From positions 512,524 through 576,523 of the forward strand of contig CALNZV010000020.1 in the NCBI GenBank assembly GCA_942491115.1: a stretch of DNA of 64,000 nt, in the 5' to 3' direction. The notes beneath the pieces are model-generated. The model searched no databases. It saw nothing but the letters and a program-made list of their open reading frames with translations, and was not told where the DNA came from. A program made the translations under genes and the position numbers. The stretch comes from an uncultured Desulfobacteraceae bacterium (lineage in GTDB: Bacteria; Desulfobacterota; Desulfobacteria; Desulfobacterales; UBA5852). Shown here piece by piece: positions 56,975 through 64,000 of the stretch. Each line of letters begins with the position of its first letter. Position 1 is the stretch's first letter.

Positions 56975-57565
56975 CTACTGGCGGATGCCCTCCACGCTGA
57001 TGGTGATCTCCACCTCATCGCTGACTCCGTCGGCCATGAATGTCATCCCGAAATCGCTTCGCTTGATCGTGAAAACGGTTTCAAACCCCCGCCGGTAATT
57101 GCCCCACGGATCCTTCCCGGATCCCGTATCCACGGCTGTCACCGTTATCGGTTGGGTCGTCCCGAGAAGTGTCAGGTCTCCGGTCACTTCGAAATGGGTG
57201 TCATCGACCTTTTTGAATGCCGTACTCTTGAAGGTGATATGAGGGTGCTTTTCCACATCGAAGAAATCAGGGCTCCTCAAATGCTTGTCCCTTTTTTCCA
57301 CATCGGTATCCACTTTGCTGGCATCCAGTTGCATCTCGATGGCACTGTTTTCCGGCATGGCCTCGTCGATGGTGAAGCTACCGGTCGGCTCCTCGAAGCG
57401 ACCGTAGGAATAGCCGATTCCCAGGTGCTTGACTCGGAACATGGCATAGGCGTGGGAAGAATCGACCTGGTAGCTCTCGGCCGCGAAGGAGGGAATCGTT
57501 GCTCCGGCCGACAACGAGAACAACCCGAGCACGATGCCGATAATGATGTATCGAAGTGAAGGCAT
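56975..57565 (-). CDS. YceI-family periplasmic (polyisoprenoid-binding-like) protein
   Basis: 196 aa. Signal peptide. SYQVDSSHAYAMFRVKHLGIGYSYGRF...LRSPDFFDVEKHPHITFKST...VTGDLTLLGTTQPITV is the canonical YceI pattern. Confidence 0.85.
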   Translation of the reverse strand: MPSLRYIIIGIVLGLFSLSAGATIPSFAAESYQVDSSHAYAMFRVKHLGIGYSYGRFEEPTGSFTIDEAMPENSAIEMQLDASKVDTDVEKRDKHLRSPDFFDVEKHPHITFKSTAFKKVDDTHFEVTGDLTLLGTTQPITVTAVDTGSGKDPWGNYRRGFETVFTIKRSDFGMTFMADGVSDEVEITISVEGIRQ

Positions 57566-57716
57566 ATCCGTCTCCTTTCTGAAAAAAGTATTTACAAAAA
57601 GGGTATGACCGCCTTTCCCATAATCAAGTCCGAAGACGCTGGAAGACCCAGACCGGTGCCGGTAGCTTCCGGGCCGCGGTCGCTCGGATACCGGCGGTCA
57701 AATAAAGGGTCACGCC

Positions 57717-58634
57717 TTATGCGGAATCGTCTTCGATCTGGATGCGGTCGTAGAGGTTGTCTTGAGGGGGGGTCCCGCGCCGTTCACCTGAGATCGTGCA
57801 GGAATCGAAGTCGGGCCGGTCGCTACGATTGAGGCTGACAAGCGCCTGAACCACATCCCATCGGAAGCGCCCTTCTTCTGCCATGTGGGTAATTTCCTCG
57901 AGGGCGGTCCGCAGATCGTAGGAGGTCGGCCGATAAGGACGACGGGCAATCAAGGCGTCGAAGACATCGGACACCGCCACGATCTCGACCAGGGGATCTT
58001 TCAGGAGCAATCCCGACGGATAGCCGGAGCCGTCCCGTCGCTCATGGTGGTCTCTGGCGGTAACGGCGGCAGGGTGGTCTGGATCGTTGAAGAAAACGCT
58101 CAAAAGCACATAGCCCCCCAGAGCGTGGTGTCTTAGGTAGTCCCGCTCTCGGCGGGTGAGGGGCGTTTGTTTCTTAAGGATGGCCATGGGCACGCAGAGT
58201 TTCCCAAAATCGTGGGTGGTCGCGGCCACCGCCTGGCGGGCCGGCAGGGAGGGGGCGGTAATGAGATCCTGAGCTAAAAGAATCGAGAGGGCAAAGACCA
58301 CGAGGATATGCCGGTAGGTGTAAGGATCCTCTCTCTTGAACCGATCCAGAATGGCAAGAAGGGGGGCGACCAGCTCAATCTGTGCCATCAGGTCGAAAAC
58401 ACCCGCCACCTGTCTCTTGTTGGAGAACATCCGGTCATAGGGCGCTTCTCGACAGAACCGATGAAGGTCCGTGAGGAGCGATCCGTGGTCAAACAGGCGC
58501 ACCCCGGGGTAGTCTGTCTTCTCCCGGCGATGAATCGCCTCTTCCAGGGATTCTCTCGTCAAGAGGGTACCGGCGGGCATCAATTCGGTTCCGTCCGGCA
58601 GGGCTACAGGGTAGCGCAGAATCGGTGGTTTCAT
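57717..58634 (-). CDS. HD-GYP domain protein (putative c-di-GMP phosphodiesterase)
   Basis: 305 aa. HDFGKLCVP (HD) and HHERRDGSGYPSGL (HD-GYP signature). Confidence 0.85.
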   Translation of the reverse strand: MKPPILRYPVALPDGTELMPAGTLLTRESLEEAIHRREKTDYPGVRLFDHGSLLTDLHRFCREAPYDRMFSNKRQVAGVFDLMAQIELVAPLLAILDRFKREDPYTYRHILVVFALSILLAQDLITAPSLPARQAVAATTHDFGKLCVPMAILKKQTPLTRRERDYLRHHALGGYVLLSVFFNDPDHPAAVTARDHHERRDGSGYPSGLLLKDPLVEIVAVSDVFDALIARRPYRPTSYDLRTALEEITHMAEEGRFRWDVVQALVSLNRSDRPDFDSCTISGERRGTPPQDNLYDRIQIEDDSA

Positions 58635-59042
58635 GTCTGGCTGGTTGGATTCTGGGATAACGGCATTAACTCAATGGCGCAGATCATACCACAACGGTTG
58701 AGGCGAGGGCAATTCCCAATATACTGCCCTCGGGCTCCGAAACAATAGGCCTTTTGTCGGGTATTCCCAGACGACAGGGCTTCACGATTTAACGCTGGAG
58801 GGTCGATCTTTGGGCAACGCCCCAGAATCCTGGATCGGTAACGGTCGGAGAAAGGGGTCGTTATCCAGGCGTCGACGACCGTCAACGGATGCCACCACTG
58901 AAAAAATCCTTCTGTCGGCTTGCCCCAAACCCGGTAACCCACTATGATTCCCGACAGCGGCGAGCAACCGGATGGGTCCACCCGTCAGGGCGGCCCCGCC
59001 CGGCCACAATGCCATATCCATCATCGACATAAGGAGGCGGCC

Positions 59043-60044
59043 ATGCGGGCAGCAGTATTGCACGGGAAAAAAGACCTCGACAACCTCGTTTTGGAAGATA
59101 TCGACGACCCCCGCCCCAACCCGGGTGAGGCCGTCGTGCAGGTGGAGGCTGCGGCCATGAACCACCGGGATGTATGGATTCTTCACGGTATGTATCCCGG
59201 CATCCGATTGCCGGCCGTGCCGGGATCGGACGGATGCGGCATCGTAATGGCCGTCGGAGACGAGGCCGACGAGAAATGGGTCGGTAAAACCGTCATCATC
59301 AACCCAAGCATGAACTGGGGAGACGATTCCAGGGTCCAGGGAGACGGCTACCACATCCTGGGGATGCCCGCCAACGGCACCTTTGCCCAGCAGGTATGCG
59401 TCCCGGTGGGAAATCTCGTCGAAAAACCCGGGTACCTTTCCGATGAACTCGCCGCCGCCCTGCCCCTTGCCGGACTGACCGGATTTCGAGCCCTCGTCAC
59501 CCAGGGAAAGGCAACACCGGAGGATGTGATTTTGGTCACGGGTTTCGGAGGAGGGGTGGGGGCCCTCACCACCCAGATGGCCATCGCTATGGGGGCTCGG
59601 GTGGTAACGACGTCCAGCAGCGATGAGAAATTGGAAACGGCTCGGAAGATGGGAGCGGAGGTCGGAGTCAACTACCGGTCGCCGGGATGGATGGATGCGA
59701 TTCTTGAGAAGACCGGTGGCGTCGATCTCATCGTCGACGGGGCGGGGGGGAAGGCGTTCGGCCCCATGCTGAACCTTCTGAAACCCGGAGGCCGGGTGGT
59801 GTCCTACGGGGCCACGGCCGGCCCCATCGAAGACATCGATGTCTACCGATTTTTCTTCAAACAACTGACATTTAAGGGATCGACCATGGGCAGCCCGGAA
59901 GATTTTGCGGGTATGGTCAACCTGTTCGAAGACCACCGGTTGACGCCGCTGGTGGACCGCGTGTTCGCGTTGGAAAACATCCACGCCGCTTACCGTCTCA
60001 TGATGGACGGCAAACAACTTGGGAAAATCATTCTCCGGCCATAG
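59043..60044 (+). CDS. zinc-type MDR alcohol dehydrogenase / quinone oxidoreductase family protein
   Basis: 333 aa from the ATG at 59043 (AAGGAGG RBS). GEAVVQVEAAAMNHRD, PGSDGCGIV, and a Rossmann VLVTGFGGGVG. Confidence 0.85.
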   Translation: MRAAVLHGKKDLDNLVLEDIDDPRPNPGEAVVQVEAAAMNHRDVWILHGMYPGIRLPAVPGSDGCGIVMAVGDEADEKWVGKTVIINPSMNWGDDSRVQGDGYHILGMPANGTFAQQVCVPVGNLVEKPGYLSDELAAALPLAGLTGFRALVTQGKATPEDVILVTGFGGGVGALTTQMAIAMGARVVTTSSSDEKLETARKMGAEVGVNYRSPGWMDAILEKTGGVDLIVDGAGGKAFGPMLNLLKPGGRVVSYGATAGPIEDIDVYRFFFKQLTFKGSTMGSPEDFAGMVNLFEDHRLTPLVDRVFALENIHAAYRLMMDGKQLGKIILRP

Positions 60045-60158
60045 CGGAGTGCGACGGGAAGCGATCGGGTCGGACACCTCAACCGCCATGCCTGTGAATG
60101 GGTCATCGTTTCCCCGACAAACCCGACCGACAGCCGTGGCGAAAGGATTTCACCAGGG

Positions 60159-61241
60159 ATGAACGCCAAACGCTTTCTCCTGCCAGCGGTTATTTTGGTC
60201 ATTGTCTCGGCCGTCGCCTATTATCATTTCCCGGGCCGGAAAGTCCCCGTTGAGTCCCCGCCCCGGACGGTGTCCCCCCGGGGGGATCTGGCCGCCGTCG
60301 AGCAGTCCACTATCGCTATCTTCAACAACGCGTCCCCATCGGTGGTTTACATTTTCACCGAAAATGCCGTCGGCGGGTTTTTCGGAACACAGCAGTTGAG
60401 GCAAGGGGCGGGCTCCGGATTTTTATGGGATGCCCTCGGCCATGTCGTCACCAACCACCACGTCATAGAAGGGTCCAGGCGGATTCGTGTCCGGCTGGAT
60501 TCCGGTGAAGCCATCGACGCCACCCTGGTGGGTTCATCTCCGGACCATGATTTGGCAGTCATCCGGCTGCGCTCCGTGCCGTCGGGTCTTTACCCCCTCC
60601 CCATTGGAACCGCCGGCGACCTCCAGGTGGGTCAAGCCGTCTATGCCATCGGCAATCCCTTCGGCTTGTCGCGAACCCTCACCACCGGTGTCGTCAGCGC
60701 ACTGGACCGCCGCCTGCCAACCACCGGCGGCCGGGAAGTGGTGGGCGTCATTCAAACCGATGCCGCCATCAATCCGGGCAACTCGGGCGGTCCCCTGCTG
60801 GATTCCGCCGGCCGACTGATCGGTGTCAACACCGCAATCATTTCGGGGTCCGGAGGCTCTGCCGGCATCGGGTTTGCCGTGCCCGTGGACACCATCAATC
60901 TGGTGGTTCCTCAGTTGATCAGCAGCGGAAAGGTCCCCCGCCCCGGAATCGGCATCACCGTCCTCGATGCGGAAGCGGCCGCAAGCTTAGGCGTCGTGGG
61001 TGTGGTCATCGACCGGGTGCTTCCCGGGTCCGAAGCGGAGCGGGCAGGCCTGGAGGGCATCGACTACCGTGAGCGGGTCCTGGGGGATGTCATCATCGGA
61101 GCAAACGGTCAGTCGGTCAAGGATCTGGTGGATTTTTCTCGAATCATCGAGGCCGCAGGCATCGGTCAAACCATCCGCATTACGGTTAAGCGGGCTGACC
61201 GGGTCCGGGAGGTGGATGTGAGGATCATGGATATCTCCTGA
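60159..61241 (+). CDS. HtrA/DegP-family serine protease with one PDZ domain
   Basis: 360 aa. N-terminal TM. Catalytic triad contexts HVVTNHHV, DLAVIRL and GNSGGPLLD. C-terminal PDZ (LPGSEAERAGL). Confidence 0.9.
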   Translation: MNAKRFLLPAVILVIVSAVAYYHFPGRKVPVESPPRTVSPRGDLAAVEQSTIAIFNNASPSVVYIFTENAVGGFFGTQQLRQGAGSGFLWDALGHVVTNHHVIEGSRRIRVRLDSGEAIDATLVGSSPDHDLAVIRLRSVPSGLYPLPIGTAGDLQVGQAVYAIGNPFGLSRTLTTGVVSALDRRLPTTGGREVVGVIQTDAAINPGNSGGPLLDSAGRLIGVNTAIISGSGGSAGIGFAVPVDTINLVVPQLISSGKVPRPGIGITVLDAEAAASLGVVGVVIDRVLPGSEAERAGLEGIDYRERVLGDVIIGANGQSVKDLVDFSRIIEAAGIGQTIRITVKRADRVREVDVRIMDIS

Positions 61242-62997
61242 CCGTCCATGTCGCCGGCACGGGGGCGACGGATGCCCCTTGTCGCTCCCCTCTAGAATAG
61301 ACAATGCGCCCTCCGATGATGGTCATTTCGACCCGGGTACCGAGAATCCGTTCTTCGGGAATGGTCATGATATCCCGGGAAAGCACGGTAAAGTCCGCCA
61401 GCTTTCCGGTTTCTATGGATCCCTTGACCGCCGCCTCGAATCCGGCAAAGGCCGCATCCAGAGTATAGGATCTCAACGCCTGGTGGCGGCTCATGCGCTG
61501 GTGGGGCTCGAAACCACCCTGGGGTCGACCGTCGAGGGTTTTTCGGGTGACCGACGCATAAAAGGAGGCAATGGGGTTGAGGGGCTCCACCGGGGCATCC
61601 GTGCCATTGACCACAACCGCCCCCGAGGCCAGAAGCGCCTGCCATGGATAGGCCCCGTGATCGATACGGTCCCTGCCCAAGCGGTCGATGGCCCAGGGGC
61701 GATCCGAAGAGAAATGAATCCCCTGAATCGAGGCAATCACCCCCATCTTGGCAAAACGGGGAATATCCACCGGATCGATGTGCTGGGCGTGCTCGATCCG
61801 GAAGCGGTGGTCTTTAGCCTGGGCGGGATAGGCGTCAAAGGCACGCTCGAATTGGTTCAACACCTCGCGGTTGGCCCGGTCGCCGATGGCATGCACGCAG
61901 AGCTGAAACCCCCTTTTCAATGCGGCCGTCGAGAGTCGGTAGAGGTCTTCCATGGGGACCAGGTGATGGCCGAAGTGCCCCGGCCGGTCGGCGTAAGAAG
62001 ATAGAAGCCAGGCGCCCCGGGAACCCAGGGCCCCGTCGGCAAACAGCTTGAAGGCCCGGATGGTAAGGAATCGGTTGCCCGAGTCGATTTCGGGCCCCTT
62101 TTCCAGCCACTCCTCCACCAGTCCGCCGTCACTCCCGTCCACCATGACCCATAGCCTCACCCCCAAGCGGCCTTCGGAGAGAAACGATCGGTACAGGTCG
62201 ATGGTCTCCCTGCCGGAGCCGGCATCCCTGAAGCTGGTGATCCCGTTTTGGAGCGCTTCGGAAATGGCCAGGGAGAGGGCCTGTCGATTCTGCGCCTGCG
62301 TGGCCTCAGGTATGGCCCGTCGGATCAACCCCTGGGCACGCTCGGTAAAGACGCCCGTGGGCGTTCCGTCCCCTCCCCGAATGATCTCTCCATCGCCGTC
62401 GACCTCGGTTTGGGGCGTAATGCCCGCTAGGGTCATGGCCATGGCATTGGCCAGCCCGGCGTGACCGCTGGCATGGGTGAGGAAGACCGGATGAGAGGGA
62501 CTGACCCGGCTAAGGGCTTGATGGACCGGAAACCCCTTGACCACGGTATCCGGCGGTGGGTCCCATTTGCTCTGATGCCATCCCGTCCCTAAAATCCATT
62601 GGCCGTGAGGAGTTGTCTCCACCGCCGACGCCACCTGCCGGACGAGTTCGGGATAGCTCTCGGCCCCGCTCAGATCCAGCATCATCCGAGCGTGCCCTAT
62701 GGCCAGGAGATGCCCGTGGCTTTCGATCAGACCCGGGACCACGGTTAGGCCCTCGAGATCGATCAGACGGGTGGCGTTCCCCCGCCACTCGTCCACATCG
62801 CCCGCACCTCCTACATGGACAATACGCTCCCCGACCACGGCAACCATACTCGCCAGTTGCTGACGGTCGTTCATCGTATGGAACCGCCCGTTGTAAAGGA
62901 GCATGTCTGCCGGACGGGCGCCCGCCTCGTGGGCACGGGTGTTGAAAAAGATGACCATCCACAGCGCGACAATGGCCGCGGCGACGGGTCGACCCAT
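61225..62997 (-). CDS. amidohydrolase-family metal-dependent hydrolase (Amidohydro_3/YtcJ-like)
   Basis: 590 aa. Signal/anchor. PGLIESHGHLL (HxH) and a C-terminal GSIETGKLADFTVL motif. 3' end overlaps htrA by 17 nt (convergent). Confidence 0.85.
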   Translation of the reverse strand: MGRPVAAAIVALWMVIFFNTRAHEAGARPADMLLYNGRFHTMNDRQQLASMVAVVGERIVHVGGAGDVDEWRGNATRLIDLEGLTVVPGLIESHGHLLAIGHARMMLDLSGAESYPELVRQVASAVETTPHGQWILGTGWHQSKWDPPPDTVVKGFPVHQALSRVSPSHPVFLTHASGHAGLANAMAMTLAGITPQTEVDGDGEIIRGGDGTPTGVFTERAQGLIRRAIPEATQAQNRQALSLAISEALQNGITSFRDAGSGRETIDLYRSFLSEGRLGVRLWVMVDGSDGGLVEEWLEKGPEIDSGNRFLTIRAFKLFADGALGSRGAWLLSSYADRPGHFGHHLVPMEDLYRLSTAALKRGFQLCVHAIGDRANREVLNQFERAFDAYPAQAKDHRFRIEHAQHIDPVDIPRFAKMGVIASIQGIHFSSDRPWAIDRLGRDRIDHGAYPWQALLASGAVVVNGTDAPVEPLNPIASFYASVTRKTLDGRPQGGFEPHQRMSRHQALRSYTLDAAFAGFEAAVKGSIETGKLADFTVLSRDIMTIPEERILGTRVEMTIIGGRIVYSRGERQGASVAPVPATWTVRRYP

Positions 62998-63057
62998 GGG
63001 GTCACCCCCTCCGTTGACGGAATGATTTCCAAATGGATAAAGGGCGGCTTGAATCCC

Positions 63058-63463
63058 TCATCGACGATAACTGAAATGAAGGTAACGCTTGGGACGCAAT
63101 AATAAAGGGATCCCCTTGATTTTGAGGACATCAAGGACAGATGACGGCACCGCGGTCGGTTGATCCCATGGGATCGGGCGGGCGTGGGTGGCCGGAATCA
63201 TGGCACTTCCGATGAGAGACATGCCCAGGGCCTCGGCAATACATCCCATGGTGTTGGCGGTGCCAAGAAAGGAGCAGGAACCGCAGGTGGGAGCACAGAC
63301 ATCCTCCATACCCACCAGATCCGCATCGGTGATCTCACCATATATGAAGACGACCCACGGCGTCGATGATGGAGGTGGAGTCCGAGGTGCGGCCGGCGAT
63401 CTCCGGCCCTACCAGCATCGGTCCGCCATTGGCCAGAATGGCCGGCAGATCGAGCCGGGCGGC
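63058..63463 (-). pseudogene. remnant of an IlvD/Edd-family dehydratase (internal fragment, frameshifted, both ends missing)
   Basis: Frame A (63463-63338) reads AARLDLPAILANGGPMLVG...IIDAVGRLHIW*. Frame B continues YGEITDADLVGMEDVCAPTCGSCSFLGTANTMGCIAEALGMSLIGSAMIPATHA, matching the IlvD Fe-S Cys region (CPTCGSCSGMFTANSMNC in E. coli). Only about 130 of about 570 expected codons are present. Confidence 0.55.
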
Positions 63464-63519
63464 TCAGGATTCTCCGGCTGCGCGTGCGGCCTCCTCTGTG
63501 ATACGGGCCCCGTCGGTTG

Positions 63520-64000
63520 TCACCGGGCCATCAAGGCGGCAAGCCTGATCGCCTCGATCATGGACTGGGGGTTGGCGCGGCCCTCACCAGCCTTTCCAAA
63601 GGCGGTGCCGTGGTCCACGGAAGTTCGGATGATGGGAAGTCCCAGGGTGACGTTGACACCTGCCATCTGGCCCCATGTGCCGGTGGTGTCGTCGTACTGA
63701 AATCCCACCAGCTTGGTGGGAATATGGCCCTGGTCGTGATACATGACGACCACGGCGTCGAACATACCTCCCCGCATTTTGGAGAAGACGGTGTCGGCCG
63801 GAAGCGGCCCCTCGACCCGCCTCCCCTTACCACGGGCAGCCACTACAGCCGGCGCGATCTCCCGATCGTCCTCGGTTCCGAAGAGCCCACCCTCCCCGCA
63901 ATGGGGATTCAGACCGGCGACGGCAATGTGCGGCTTGGGAATGCCCAGCCGGGTCAAAGCGTCATGGGTGAGGTCGACAACCGTTTCCACCCGCTGCTTC
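63520..64000 (-). CDS. pdxA: PdxA-family NAD-dependent dehydrogenase (4-hydroxythreonine-4-phosphate dehydrogenase family), 5'-truncated by window end
   Basis: The C-terminal ~160 aa is visible. [26 protein letters not shown] and [10 protein letters not shown] are PdxA signatures. The ORF runs off the window. Confidence 0.85.
   Translation of the reverse strand, partial: KQRVETVVDLTHDALTRLGIPKPHIAVAGLNPHCGEGGLFGTEDDREIAPAVVAARGKGRRVEGPLPADTVFSKMRGGMFDAVVVMYHDQGHIPTKLVGFQYDDTTGTWGQMAGVNVTLGLPIIRTSVDHGTAFGKAGEGRANPQSMIEAIRLAALMAR

Noticed and set aside
58782-60089. 435-aa minus-strand ORF covering the whole MDR oxidoreductase gene
   Set aside because: It is exactly antisense to a well-supported + strand gene (RBS, Rossmann motif). 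Its translation is Arg/Gly/His/Pro-rich with no motifs. This is a typical shadow ORF of a high-GC genome.
1-64000. Search for CRISPR arrays, tRNA/rRNA genes, IS elements, integrases, prophage or toxin-antitoxin modules
   Set aside because: I found no regularly spaced direct repeats, no tRNA-like T-arm/acceptor signatures, and no transposase, integrase or reverse-transcriptase motifs in any ORF. The window appears to be core chromosome without mobile DNA.

Overview
High-GC (about 60-63%), gene-dense chromosomal window with roughly 60 protein-coding genes. I found no rRNA or tRNA genes, no CRISPR array, and no IS, integrase or phage genes. Gene content suggests an anaerobic Desulfobacterota-type (deltaproteobacterial) genome; this is inference only. 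Blocks in order: (1) 25-3755, a five-gene translationally coupled operon: NosL-like protein, small membrane protein, FtsX-type ABC permease, ABC ATPase, and a Cys/His-rich 8-TM protein. (2) 3838-4600, a small Arg-repeat ORF, an AT-rich promoter island, and about 440 nt with no assigned function. (3) 4621-12646, a TRAP transporter (dctQMP) divergent from an MFS transporter, a glycyl-radical activase and a 790-aa glycyl-radical enzyme that looks like trans-4-hydroxy-L-proline dehydratase (HypD). (4) 12687-14932, a PA2778-type cysteine peptidase, PA2779-type protein, CutA and a desulforedoxin-like mini-protein. (5) 15404-19298, a PHA granule locus (phaJ, phaC with a coupled small partner, two paralogous phasin-like genes, phaR). 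(6) 21107-24737, a DUF1445 hydro-lyase, PxpB, PxpC, class IV aminotransferase and AbrB-like protein operon with no pxpA. (7) Sensor kinases, a GMP-reductase-like gene, a nuclease-helicase fusion, an M24 peptidase, an ECF sigma/anti-sigma pair and DMT and MATE exporters. (8) An acyl-CoA dehydrogenase with etfBA. (9) Two L,D-transpeptidases, an aldo/keto reductase, a PAS kinase, a PAS-LuxR regulator and a FadL/TodX-type channel. (10) 52253-58634, a same-strand cluster of HD-GYP, YceI, a YceI fusion, CHASE2-PP2C and a lipoprotein. (11) An MDR oxidoreductase, HtrA, an amidohydrolase, an IlvD/Edd-type pseudogene remnant and a partial pdxA-like gene. The candidates I rate highest for undescribed biology are the NosL/FtsX-ABC/Cys-His membrane protein operon, the HypD-like locus with a minimal activase, the pxpA-less DUF1445-PxpBC-aminotransferase operon and the YceI/CHASE2-PP2C/HD-GYP cluster. 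All family assignments come from reading motifs in the translated ORFs; no database search was run.
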